A stretch of 64,000 nucleotides of DNA, from contig CBDFMQ010000001.1 of NCBI GenBank assembly GCA_965249725.1, positions 256,001 through 320,000 of the forward strand, read 5' to 3'. The notes under the pieces are model-generated. The model saw only the letters and a program-made list of their open reading frames with translations. It was not told the DNA's origin and ran no database searches. This stretch comes from Longimicrobiales bacterium. GTDB taxonomy: Bacteria; Gemmatimonadota; Gemmatimonadetes; Longimicrobiales; Gaopeijiaceae. Shown one piece after another: positions 10,581 through 20,169 of the stretch; the first letter of the stretch is position 1; every line of letters begins with the position of its first letter. The translations under genes and the position numbers were made by a program.

Positions 10581-10970
10581 ATGACCACCGCTCTATTGGA
10601 TTTCTCGAAGCCGCACGTCCTGAAGGACGACGCGGAGTATGAAGCCGCAATCGCTGAAATCGAGCGCCTCTTGGACGAGGAAGTCGAGCCTGCTAGTGAG
10701 GGCTACGACCGACTCGAGTTTCTTTCCGTGTTGGTCGAGCACTACGAGGAGGACCAGCACCCGATGGGGACGGTCACCCCCCAACAGGCCGTGACGTTCA
10801 TGCTTGAGCAGAAGGCACTGGAGCGGTCCGACCTCGACGAGGTCATGGGTGGAAAGAGCCGCGTCTCCGATTTCTTCAATGGCAAGCGCGATCTCTCGAA
10901 ATCCCAGATTGAGGGACTGCGGCGGCTGCTCGGAATCCCAGCGGACATACTGCTTGGTGTGGACGGTTGA
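10581..10970 (+). CDS. higA: HigA antitoxin (HTH transcriptional regulator)
   Basis: EYEAA..LSVLVEHYE, GGKSRVSDFFNGKRDLSK HTH; GGAGG RBS; follows higB. Confidence 0.85.
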   Translation: MTTALLDFSKPHVLKDDAEYEAAIAEIERLLDEEVEPASEGYDRLEFLSVLVEHYEEDQHPMGTVTPQQAVTFMLEQKALERSDLDEVMGGKSRVSDFFNGKRDLSKSQIEGLRRLLGIPADILLGVDG

Positions 10971-11129
10971 TTCGACAGCAGTCGCACAGCACATAACACT
11001 ACGCTTCCGCCCGCGCGGCCCGCTCCGCTTGGTAAGGCGGACCTTTCACGTATATTGGCTTCTGCCCGATCACTGAGCCCCAGCCTGATTCCAGGCCGCG
11101 GGGCATACCCACGCTCGACCCACGGAGCC

Positions 11130-12506
11130 ATGAACCCGGCAGAAACCGTCGTGGCCGCACCGGCACGCCTCGTCACCGTGACTGCACAAGCCGGGGACGC
11201 CCATCCCATGGTCTTCCTCCGGCAGGCACAAGGCGGGCCTCGTGGGTTCTGGGCCAGGGCGGATCGGTGGGTGGCCCACTCCGGGGCGGTGGCCACGCTT
11301 TCGGTCGACGGAGACGACTCCGCGAATCGGTTCTCGGCGATCGAGGCCGAGGCCGGGAATCTGATCGACGTTGTCCCGGTCACTGAAGGCGAACCGAGCG
11401 CGCCGAGCCGGTTCTTCGGTGGCTTCTCGTTCCGCTCGGATCACTCGGCCGTCGATCTCTGGTCCGGATTCACCCCCGCACTTTTCCACCTACCGGAGTT
11501 CGAACTCGAGGGAGGAGGCCGCCGGCCCCCCCGTCTGACTGCTCGAGCCCTGATCGGTCCGGACGACGGGGATGTGGACGGTGCGTTGAGGCTTCTGCTG
11601 ACCCGGGTTGGCCGGATCGCCGAGGGGCTTCGCGAGCCATCAGGTGCCGGTAGTGAACCACCTCGGACGATCCCCACGACGCGTGCCGAGTCGGAGCGAA
11701 GCCTATGGGAGGCCGCCGTGACCAAGGCCTTGGCGGCCATATCCGCGGGTGAAGTGTTGAAGGTGGTACTCGCCCGAACCATGGATGTGGTCACGCAGGA
11801 GCGACTCGATCCCGTGGATGTCGTCCAGCACCTTTGGGAGGAAAACCGCGGGAGTCACGTCTTCCTTTTCGAGCCGGCCGACGGATGTCCGCTCGTCGGC
11901 GCCGCGCCCGAGACGGTGGCGACTATGGCTCGGGGCGCGTTTCATGCGACTGCGGTCGCCGGGACGGTGGCCCGGGGCGAAACACCGGAGGAGCAGGAAG
12001 AGCTGGCGGCACGCCTACTGGCGAGCGAGAAGGACGCGGTTGAGCATCGCATCGCGCTCGACGACATGGTTGCCCGGCTCGGCCCTCTGGCCATCCAAGT
12101 GGAGGCCCAGCCTGAGCCTCATGTGCTGACCCTGGCGCGCATACAGCATCTGGAGACCGAGATTCGAGCGAGCATGCCGGAGGGGTCGTCCGTACTCCCG
12201 GTCCTGGAGGCTCTCCACCCGACCCCGGCCGTCTGCGGGCTTCCCCGGGACAACGCGTTGGCGTTCCTGAGTGAAGAGGAGCCGTTCGAGCGGGGATGGT
12301 ATGCGGGGCCCGTCGGTTGGTTCGATGTGGAGGGCAACGGGGTCTTTGCACCGGCGCTGCGTTGCGCCGTAGCCAGGGACCATCAGTGGAGGCTGTTTGC
12401 CGGAGCCGGTATCGTGGCCGGTTCGGATCCCGGCCTCGAGTGGGAAGAGACCAGCATCAAGTTCGAGCCCGTGCTCCGAGCCCTGGCGGCAAGCGGGGCG
12501 AAATGA
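11130..12506 (+). CDS. menF: Isochorismate synthase
   Basis: KVVLAR, APE, AVAGT, SEKD..EH, LHPTPAVCG, RGWYAGPVGW and FAGAGIV. Confidence 0.92.
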   Translation: MNPAETVVAAPARLVTVTAQAGDAHPMVFLRQAQGGPRGFWARADRWVAHSGAVATLSVDGDDSANRFSAIEAEAGNLIDVVPVTEGEPSAPSRFFGGFSFRSDHSAVDLWSGFTPALFHLPEFELEGGGRRPPRLTARALIGPDDGDVDGALRLLLTRVGRIAEGLREPSGAGSEPPRTIPTTRAESERSLWEAAVTKALAAISAGEVLKVVLARTMDVVTQERLDPVDVVQHLWEENRGSHVFLFEPADGCPLVGAAPETVATMARGAFHATAVAGTVARGETPEEQEELAARLLASEKDAVEHRIALDDMVARLGPLAIQVEAQPEPHVLTLARIQHLETEIRASMPEGSSVLPVLEALHPTPAVCGLPRDNALAFLSEEEPFERGWYAGPVGWFDVEGNGVFAPALRCAVARDHQWRLFAGAGIVAGSDPGLEWEETSIKFEPVLRALAASGAK

Positions 12507-14302
12507 GTGATCCGGCGGTCGCGACCGCCTGGGCGAGGGTATTCATGGATGAGCTGGCTCGGATGGGTCTCGGGCACATCTGCGTGGCGCCGGGCTCCCG
12601 GTCCACTCCGTTGGTCATGGCGTGTGCCAGAGACGGTCGTTTCACCACTTGGGTTCATCTGGACGAGCGCTCCGCAGGTTTCTTTGCGCTCGGTCTCGGG
12701 AAAGACACGGGTTTGCCCGCAGCCGTGATCACCACCTCGGGGACGGCCACGGCGAATCTGTTTCCGGCCGTGATCGAAGCGTCCCTGAGCAACGTCCCCC
12801 TCCTCGTGCTCACCGCCGATCGCCCCATCCGCCTCCGGGGCTCCGACGCCAATCAGACGATCGATCAGGCGGGGCTCTATGGACCTTACCCGCGTGGGAG
12901 TCACGACGCCGGAGACCCCGCGTACGAGAAGCTCCGGGACGCGAGGACTCTCGCCTGCCGCGCCTTCGCCGAGACGCTCGGTTTCGACGCTGGACCCGTC
13001 CATGTGAACCTCCCGTTCGACAAACCGCTCGGTCCGGCAGACATGGATCCGGATCGAGAGACGGATCTGAGGGCCGCGGACCCGCTGGGCTTGGATGGAC
13101 GAAGTGACGGTGCTCCCTTGGAGTCGCCGGCGGTCCGCGAGGTTGTCGGAGCGGAGGCAGTAGCCGAGGTCGCCGGTCTTCTGGCGGATGGTAGAAGAGG
13201 ACTCATCGTTGGGGGCCCCGTCTCCGATCCTGAAGCCGTCGGGCCGGCCTTGATCCGTTTGTCCGCGGCGACCGGGTTCCCGCTCTTGGCCGATCCCCTT
13301 TGCGGCGCCCGGTTCGGACACGATTTCGGACCGGCACCGATTGCTGCTTCCGATCTGTTCCTACGGGATGCCGCGCTTCGGGAACGGCTTCGGCCGGACG
13401 TCATCCTTCGAGTCGGTGCTCCGCCCACCTCCGCGGGAATTCTGACCTTCCTCGAGGAGTGTGGAGATGTGCCCCAGATGGTGATCGGGGCCGGACGCCC
13501 CCGGACGAATTCCCTCTCCCCCGAGTCCCGGTACGTGCAGGGCGACGTAGCCGGGATGCTCGCCGAGGTCACATCAGGCGTTTCCGTTGCCGCGCCCACG
13601 GCTTGGAGCGAGGTGTGGTCGAGTCTCGACAGGACTGCTCTCGAGGCGGTGCAGGGCAACCCGGGCGACTTCTTCGAGGGAGACGTTCTGGCCGCCCTCG
13701 TCGATTCTCTGCCCGAGGGTGGCACGATGTTCGTGTCCAACTCCATGCCGGTGAGGGATCTGGACGCATACGGGGGTGCGGGACCCAAGAGACTCAGGGT
13801 GCTCGGGAATCGAGGAGCCAGTGGGATCGACGGCATCGTGTCCACCGCGGCGGGCATCGCGGCCGGTACCGCGGCGCGCATCGCTCCACCCGAAGAGGGT
13901 TCGCTGGCGCCCGCGCCGCCGGTGGTGGCCGTGCTCGGGGACCTCGCCTTCTACCACGACATGAATGGTCTGCTCGCGATCGGGCGGAGTGGTCTCAACG
14001 TGCTCCTCGTGGTGATCAACAATGACGGAGGGGGGATCTTCCACATGTTGCCTATCCGGGAGCACGAGCCGGAGTTCACTCGCTACTTCGCTACACCGCA
14101 TGGCCTCGACTTCAGGGGGGCTGCGGAGCTGTACCGGATTCCGTACAGTCGTGTGAGCACGAAGACGGAGATGCAGAGTGCCTTCGACGAGACCCTGCTT
14201 GAGCCGGGCCCCCGGATTCTGGAGATTCTAACGGATCGCACCGTCAATCAGCGTCGGCATCGAGAGGTGATCGAGGCGGTTGCAGAGGCCTGCCGGCGTT
14301 GA
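12503..14302 (+). CDS. menD: SEPHCHC synthase
   Basis: PGSRSTPL, DERSAGFFALG, TTSGTA, NQTIDQ, NSMPVRD, NRGASGIDG and GDLAFYHDMN. Confidence 0.95.
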   Translation: MSDPAVATAWARVFMDELARMGLGHICVAPGSRSTPLVMACARDGRFTTWVHLDERSAGFFALGLGKDTGLPAAVITTSGTATANLFPAVIEASLSNVPLLVLTADRPIRLRGSDANQTIDQAGLYGPYPRGSHDAGDPAYEKLRDARTLACRAFAETLGFDAGPVHVNLPFDKPLGPADMDPDRETDLRAADPLGLDGRSDGAPLESPAVREVVGAEAVAEVAGLLADGRRGLIVGGPVSDPEAVGPALIRLSAATGFPLLADPLCGARFGHDFGPAPIAASDLFLRDAALRERLRPDVILRVGAPPTSAGILTFLEECGDVPQMVIGAGRPRTNSLSPESRYVQGDVAGMLAEVTSGVSVAAPTAWSEVWSSLDRTALEAVQGNPGDFFEGDVLAALVDSLPEGGTMFVSNSMPVRDLDAYGGAGPKRLRVLGNRGASGIDGIVSTAAGIAAGTAARIAPPEEGSLAPAPPVVAVLGDLAFYHDMNGLLAIGRSGLNVLLVVINNDGGGIFHMLPIREHEPEFTRYFATPHGLDFRGAAELYRIPYSRVSTKTEMQSAFDETLLEPGPRILEILTDRTVNQRRHREVIEAVAEACRR

Positions 14303-14368
14303 CAGGGGCCGGGTTTCGGCCGGCCGACGCATGACAGAAGTCAGTGACTCGAGACTCGGGACGAATCG

Positions 14369-15208
14369 ATGAGTGAGCCGCAGTGGCAGGTGGTGAAGGA
14401 CTACAAGGACATCACCTACAAGAAAGCGGACGGGGTGGCGCGGATCGCCATCAACCGACCTCAAGTACGCAACGCGTTTAGGCCCGGGACGCTCCTCGAG
14501 TTGCAGGAGGCTTTCAAGAACGCGGGTGAAGACACGCGTATCGGGGTCGTGCTCTTCACGGGCGATGGCCCTGCCGAGGACGGCGTCTACGCGTTCTGTG
14601 CCGGTGGGGATCAGAAGGTGCGAGGCGACGGCGGGTACGTAGGGGAGGACGGCGTCCCGAGGCTCAACGTTCTGGAGCTCCAGCGCTACATCCGGAGCAT
14701 GCCTAAGCCCGTCATCTGTCTCGTAGCGGGATACGCCATCGGTGGCGGCCACGTCCTGCACATCGTCTGCGACTTGACACTTGCGGCCGACAACGCTGTG
14801 TTCGGTCAGACCGGCCCCAAGGTGGGGAGCTTCGACGGCGGATTCGGGGCGGGATTTCTGGCCCGGATGGTAGGTCAGAAGAAGGCTCGGGAGATCTGGT
14901 ACCTGTGCCGCCAGTACAGCGCGCAGGAAGCCCTCGAGATGGGCATGGTCAACAAAGTGGTGCCCCTCCAGGAGCTCGAGATGGAAGGCTGGCGGTGGGC
15001 CCAGGAGATCCTCGACAAGAGCCCGCTGGCCATTCGGCTGCTCAAGTCCGCCTTCAATGCGGACGTCGATGGCCAGGCGGGCATACAGGAGCTCGCGGGT
15101 AACGCCACTCTCCTCTTCTACATGACCGATGAGGCGAAGGAGGCCAAGAACGCCTTCTTGGAGAAGCGGAAGGCAGATTTCCGGCAGTTCCCGTGGCTCC
15201 CGTGGTAG
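14369..15208 (+). CDS. menB: 1,4-dihydroxy-2-naphthoyl-CoA synthase
   Basis: [17 protein letters not shown] and [14 protein letters not shown]. Confidence 0.97.
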   Translation: MSEPQWQVVKDYKDITYKKADGVARIAINRPQVRNAFRPGTLLELQEAFKNAGEDTRIGVVLFTGDGPAEDGVYAFCAGGDQKVRGDGGYVGEDGVPRLNVLELQRYIRSMPKPVICLVAGYAIGGGHVLHIVCDLTLAADNAVFGQTGPKVGSFDGGFGAGFLARMVGQKKAREIWYLCRQYSAQEALEMGMVNKVVPLQELEMEGWRWAQEILDKSPLAIRLLKSAFNADVDGQAGIQELAGNATLLFYMTDEAKEAKNAFLEKRKADFRQFPWLPW

Positions 15209-15212
15209 GACC

Positions 15213-16118
15213 ATGGTAGGAGGCCCCAAGGGCCCACTCTCTCGCACACAGGCGTGGATCCTCGCGGCCCGTCCAAAGACCCTTGCCGCGGCCGCGGCGC
15301 CGGTGATCGTCGGGACCGGTCTGGCTGCTGCCCACTCGACCTACAGTGCACTTCCGGCGGTGGCCGCCCTGGGTGGGGCGCTCCTCATCCAGATCGGGAC
15401 CAACCTCGCCAACGACTATTACGACTTCCTTCGAGGGGGAGACACGGAAGAGCGAGTGGGGCCCACAAGGGTGACACAAGCTGGGATTATCCCCCCAAAG
15501 GAGGTCTGGTGGGGAATGGCGCTTACGCTATCAATGGCTCTGCTTGTCGGTGTATACCTCGTTTCCGTCGGCGGGTGGCCGATCGTGTGGATCGGCCTAG
15601 GGTCGCTTGTCTGCGCCGTCGCCTATACGGGAGGCCCCTATCCGCTGGCCTACCACGGGCTCGGTGATCTTTTCGTCTTCCTCTTCTTCGGCCTGGTGGC
15701 CGTGGGTGGGACGTACTGGGTCCAAGGGCTCGCCCTGCCGGCGGACGTGGTCCTGGCGGGCGTCGGCGTCGGCGCACTGAATACGGCCATCCTCGTGGCC
15801 AACAACGTCAGGGATCTCGAGACCGATGCCGCGGCCGGGAAGCGCACGCTCGCGGTCCGACTCGGCCGGTTCGGTAGCCGGATCGAGTACGCGCTGTTGA
15901 TGGCCGTGGGCTTCTCGGTGCCGATCGTCGGTGTAGCGCTCTACGGGTGGCCGCGCGCTGCTCTCGTTGCCCTCCTGGCAGGCGCGGCGTCCGTCACTCC
16001 TGTGGGGCTGGTCATGACGAAGGACCGCGCAACCGACCTGGTGCCGGCGCTGCCGGGCACGGCTCGGGTCGTGGCGATATACGGTGTCCTGCTGGGGCTG
16101 TCGCTCGCCTTCGCATGA
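15213..16118 (+). CDS. menA: 1,4-dihydroxy-2-naphthoate polyprenyltransferase
   Basis: ARPKTL, NLANDYYD, YTGGPYPLAY and NNVRD..TD...GKRTLAV. Confidence 0.95.
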   Translation: MVGGPKGPLSRTQAWILAARPKTLAAAAAPVIVGTGLAAAHSTYSALPAVAALGGALLIQIGTNLANDYYDFLRGGDTEERVGPTRVTQAGIIPPKEVWWGMALTLSMALLVGVYLVSVGGWPIVWIGLGSLVCAVAYTGGPYPLAYHGLGDLFVFLFFGLVAVGGTYWVQGLALPADVVLAGVGVGALNTAILVANNVRDLETDAAAGKRTLAVRLGRFGSRIEYALLMAVGFSVPIVGVALYGWPRAALVALLAGAASVTPVGLVMTKDRATDLVPALPGTARVVAIYGVLLGLSLAFA

Positions 16119-17572
16119 ACGACCCCGTCCGGATCGCCGCCGGGACCAGCCCGAATGCTCCGGCCCTGGACGATGGGGATCGGATCTGGAGCTACGCCGA
16201 ACTCGACGCCGCGGTGGCTCGCATGGCCCGCCGCCTGGAGCCGCTCGGTTCGACTGTCGGAGCGACCGTGGCTTTGGTCGCACAACAAAGTGCTCTCTCG
16301 GTGCAGGCCCTGTTCGCGGTACCGCGCACGGGCGCGACGGTGGCCGTGCTGAATCCGCGCCTCGGATCCGAGGGCCTGGAAAACGCTCTCGATGCCATCG
16401 GCCCGGACCTGCTGCTAAGCACCGAGGCCGACGTGCACGGCTTGGCGGCAGACCCGGAGTGGTTCACGACGGTGGACGATCTACCCAAGCCGCCATCGCG
16501 CCCCGATGCGAATGTCGTTGGGGATGCGGCCGCCCGCCTTGGGGCGCAAGTGGAGTCCGAATCGGATCTTCCCGCCGATCCCAGCCGGCCTTTCGCGATC
16601 CTGTGCACATCCGGCACAACAGGGGGGCCGGGGGTCGTCCCGGTGACCCGACACGCCCTGAGTGCCAGCGCGCGGGCCGCCTCTGCCCGGCTGGGCCTGC
16701 AACCCGACGATCGTTGGTACGGGTCTCTGTCGTTCGCTCACGTCGGCGGGTTGGCTCTGGTCTACAGGGTCTTTCATGAGGGGTCCTGCCTGGTCGTGCG
16801 GGGCGGATACTCGACCGAAACGTTCATCGAACTCGTCGATCGAGCGGAGATCACCCATGCGTCTCTCGTACCCACCATGCTGAAGCACCTGATCGATGCG
16901 CGTGGGGAAGAGCCGGTTCCTTCGAGTCTTCGATGCCTGCTCGTCGGTGGAGCGGCGGCCCCCGAGCCACTCGTCGAGCAGGCCGTGGCGCGCGGGTATC
17001 CCGTGGCCCTCACCTACGGCCTGACGGAAGCCTGCTCGCAGGTGGCCACGGCCCCGCCGGACCTCGTGAGGGTGAAGCCGGGCACGGTGGGTCTCCCGAT
17101 GGACGGGCTCGAGCTCCGGTTGCTGGAGAGCGGCGAGATCTGCGTGCGTGGCGCAACCGTGTCTCCATCCCTAGCCGACGAAGAAGGATGGCTCGCCACG
17201 GGGGACTTCGGGGCTTTGGATGAGGACGGGCACCTATCGGTTTCCGGACGCGTCGACGAGCGGATCATCTCTGCGGGGGTCAACGTGTCCCCAGCGACGG
17301 TAGAGGGCGTGATCCGCGATCTTCCCGGGGTCACAGACGTGGCCGTAGTCGGTCTCCCCGACGATACCTGGGGAGAGGTGGTAGGGGCTCTGGTGGTTCC
17401 CGAGTCCGGGGCCCTGGATTTGGAGGCGCTGGAGGCGGCGCTGCGGGAGCGGGTGTCGAGTGCCGAAGTGCCCAGGCTAATCGCTCTTGCGGCGGAGCTT
17501 CCGAGAAACGCCAACGGCAAGGTCGACCGAGCGGAGGTGCTGATGCGTCTGGCGGAGGCGAGATCCCCGTGA
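16115..17572 (+). CDS. menE: O-succinylbenzoate-CoA ligase
   Basis: TSGTTG, YGLTEACSQ, TGD, GR.D and NGKVDR; overlaps menA. Confidence 0.85.
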   Translation: MNDPVRIAAGTSPNAPALDDGDRIWSYAELDAAVARMARRLEPLGSTVGATVALVAQQSALSVQALFAVPRTGATVAVLNPRLGSEGLENALDAIGPDLLLSTEADVHGLAADPEWFTTVDDLPKPPSRPDANVVGDAAARLGAQVESESDLPADPSRPFAILCTSGTTGGPGVVPVTRHALSASARAASARLGLQPDDRWYGSLSFAHVGGLALVYRVFHEGSCLVVRGGYSTETFIELVDRAEITHASLVPTMLKHLIDARGEEPVPSSLRCLLVGGAAAPEPLVEQAVARGYPVALTYGLTEACSQVATAPPDLVRVKPGTVGLPMDGLELRLLESGEICVRGATVSPSLADEEGWLATGDFGALDEDGHLSVSGRVDERIISAGVNVSPATVEGVIRDLPGVTDVAVVGLPDDTWGEVVGALVVPESGALDLEALEAALRERVSSAEVPRLIALAAELPRNANGKVDRAEVLMRLAEARSP

Positions 17573-17692
17573 TCGCTTGAGGACGGCGTTGTCGGGACGG
17601 GCCGTCCGCTCCGATCTGGAGACCCTCGCGTCGGATGGGGGCACGACTATCTTTCGGCTTCCGCATCAGTAAGCCGCACTGAACAGAGCGCA

Positions 17693-18967
17693 ATGAACCT
17701 ACTGGAAGAATACCGCTGGCGCGGCATGCTACAGGATGCCACGGAGGGGGCCGAAGCGGCCCTCGCCGAGGGTCCCGTCGCCGGCTACATCGGCTTCGAT
17801 CCAACGGCGCAGAGCCTCCACGTCGGCTCGCTGATGCCCATCATGGGCCTCGTCCACCTGCAACGGACGGGGAATCACCCGATCGTGCTCATGGGCGGTG
17901 GCACGGGTCTCATCGGCGATCCCTCCGGGAAGACCGAGGAACGTCAGCTCCTGACCAGGGAGCAGGCTGCGGAAAACCTGGCGGCCATGCAGGCTCAACT
18001 CGAGCAGTTCCTGGACTTCGAGTGCAGCACGAACCCGGCCCGCACCTTGGACAACCTGGAATGGCTCGGGGACATCTCCATGGTCGACTTTCTCCGGGAC
18101 GTGGGAAAGCACTTCTCGGTGAACGCTCTCCTGAAGAAGGAGTCCGTTCGGCGCCGACTCGAAGACGACGAGGTGGGGATCTCCTACACGGAGTTCAGCT
18201 ACGCCCTCCTTCAAGCCTACGACTTCGTGGCGTTGAACGAACGCTACGGCTGCACGTTCCAGATGGGCGGCAGCGACCAGTGGGGTAACATCACCGCGGG
18301 GATCGATCTGGTACGGCGGATGAGAGGCGAGAAGGCGCACGGGATCACGTACCCCCTCGTGACTGGTGCCGGCGGCCACAAGTTCGGCAAGACCGAGGCC
18401 GGGGCCGTGTGGCTCGACCCTACCCTGACCTCGCCGTATCGGTTCTACCAGTTCTGGATGAACGTCGACGATCGCGACGTCCTTCGGTACCTCAAGTACT
18501 TCACGCTGTTGGATGGCGAAGAGATTGCGGCCGAAGAGGCGGGATTGGCCGAGCGCCCCCACGAGCGGGCCGCCCACAGAAGGTTGGCTGAGGTGGTGAC
18601 GGGTCGGGTGCACGGGGAGACGGGGCTGGCCAGTGCCCAACGGGCGACGGCCGTCCTTTTCGGGGGCGAGCTCACCGGTTTGGGGGCGGACGAGATCGCT
18701 GACATCTTCGCCGACGTGCCCTCGAGCGAGATCCCGAGGGCCGATCTGGAGGGGGAGGGCAAGGGGCTCCTCGACCTGTTGGTAGCGACCGAGTTGGCGA
18801 CGTCTCGGGGGGATGCGCGCCGCGCCGTCGAAGGGGGTGGCGTCTACCTCAACAACGTACGGCTAGCGGACGTGGAGGCTCGGGTGCGGCTCGAGGACAC
18901 CGTGGAAGGTCGTTTCCTGGTCCTGAGGAAGGGAAAGAAGGCCTACCACATGGTTCGCGTGGTCTGA
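17693..18967 (+). CDS. tyrS: Tyrosine-tRNA ligase
   Basis: YIGFDPTA.SLHVG, QMGGSDQWGNI, KFGKT and a C-terminal S4 domain. Confidence 0.98.
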   Translation: MNLLEEYRWRGMLQDATEGAEAALAEGPVAGYIGFDPTAQSLHVGSLMPIMGLVHLQRTGNHPIVLMGGGTGLIGDPSGKTEERQLLTREQAAENLAAMQAQLEQFLDFECSTNPARTLDNLEWLGDISMVDFLRDVGKHFSVNALLKKESVRRRLEDDEVGISYTEFSYALLQAYDFVALNERYGCTFQMGGSDQWGNITAGIDLVRRMRGEKAHGITYPLVTGAGGHKFGKTEAGAVWLDPTLTSPYRFYQFWMNVDDRDVLRYLKYFTLLDGEEIAAEEAGLAERPHERAAHRRLAEVVTGRVHGETGLASAQRATAVLFGGELTGLGADEIADIFADVPSSEIPRADLEGEGKGLLDLLVATELATSRGDARRAVEGGGVYLNNVRLADVEARVRLEDTVEGRFLVLRKGKKAYHMVRVV

Positions 18968-19008
18968 GGAGAGGCCTCCACACTCGAACGCGAGAGCGCT
19001 GAAAGCGA

Positions 19009-19041
19009 AACGCCCCGCCCGGCTCAGCCGGACGGGGCGTT
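19009..19041. terminator. GC-rich hairpin between convergent genes
   Basis: AACGCCCCGCCCGGCT-C-AGCCGGACGGGGCGTT. Confidence 0.65.
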
Positions 19042-19063
19042 CCTCTTGGTCTAGGCAGGTGGG

Positions 19064-20083
19064 CTAAAAGACCGTCTGCCAGGAAACCACGAAGCTCTTG
19101 TCTGTCGACAGCTGAGGTCCGTTCAGGTCCTGGTGCACCGGGTAGTACCACTCCACGGCGATGCGATGACCGCTCAGCGCACCCTCGCGGAACTGGAGGT
19201 TCACTCCGAACGGCAGGTACACACGTTCGCCGCCCTGCGCGAACGGGTTCGCACTGGGATCGGCCTCGCCGTCGGTGCGAGTGTCGATGCCCTCGGTCTC
19301 ACCGACGCTCTCGTACAGCGCTCGGGCCGACACACTCATCCAATCGTTGATGTTGTATGCGCCCCACACCGTGAACTCGAACGCGTCGCCCAGGCGGTAG
19401 TCCTGCGAGTTGTCGAAGGCTCGCACGGTGAGGTTAGCCTGCGTTCCGACACTCGCCATTGCGTTCTGAACGGAAAAGCCAAGCCCCGCGAGAATGTCGA
19501 CCGTCCCGGATCCGGTCTGCATCGGGAAGGGGAGGACGTCGGTGCCCGTGCCCGAGAGGGGGGTTTGGTCAGCGTCCCCGATCTCTCCGGTCGGAGCTGT
19601 TCCCCCCAACATGAGATGCATCCGGTACTGGTCGAACTCGAAGAGGTCCATCAGGAGACGGACTCTCAAGTCGCCGATGTCGTTCGATTCGGTCTGAAAG
19701 AACTCGTCGTCCTCCGTAACATTCCACATCGCGTTCATGACGAACGGCATTGCCAGGGAGAGGGAAACAGCGTCGGAGAGACCGAACCTCAACTCCATCT
19801 CGTGGCTCTGCCTCTGCATGGACAGGGGTGACACGGTGAAGAAGTCGAGAACTTCATCCGAGAAGAAGGGTGTGGTACCGACGAGCGTCCCGTCGAAGTC
19901 GGTGCGGTAGTAGCGATAACCGAAGTAAACGTCGCCCTTCTCAAGACTGTAGTCGGCCGTAACGCCAGACGGAGCATGCCCGTCCGGGCGATCTACCGAC
20001 CAGGCCGGCGTCTGTGCCAGAGCGGGTGTCACCACCGCCAGGCTGGCCACCAACACGCATGTGGACACGATCTTGCGAGCCAT
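19064..20083 (-). CDS. Outer-membrane beta-barrel 'transporter' (MetA-pathway/phenol-degradation-like)
   Basis: Signal peptide, RPDGHAP.GV, GD and MQTGSGT.D motifs, C-terminal aromatic W..F; GAGG RBS. Confidence 0.75.
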   Translation of the reverse strand: MARKIVSTCVLVASLAVVTPALAQTPAWSVDRPDGHAPSGVTADYSLEKGDVYFGYRYYRTDFDGTLVGTTPFFSDEVLDFFTVSPLSMQRQSHEMELRFGLSDAVSLSLAMPFVMNAMWNVTEDDEFFQTESNDIGDLRVRLLMDLFEFDQYRMHLMLGGTAPTGEIGDADQTPLSGTGTDVLPFPMQTGSGTVDILAGLGFSVQNAMASVGTQANLTVRAFDNSQDYRLGDAFEFTVWGAYNINDWMSVSARALYESVGETEGIDTRTDGEADPSANPFAQGGERVYLPFGVNLQFREGALSGHRIAVEWYYPVHQDLNGPQLSTDKSFVVSWQTVF

Positions 20084-20169
20084 ATGTCCCTTCCTCGGGG
20101 AAGTCAGAATTTGGTCGAACACCTTGAAAGATGCGGAGCGGGTTTTCTGGAAACAAGTGTTTCTTTTTC

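Noticed and set aside
17573..17692. T-box riboswitch upstream of tyrS
   Set aside because: The leader is too short and lacks the GGTGGNACCGCG T-box and a terminator.
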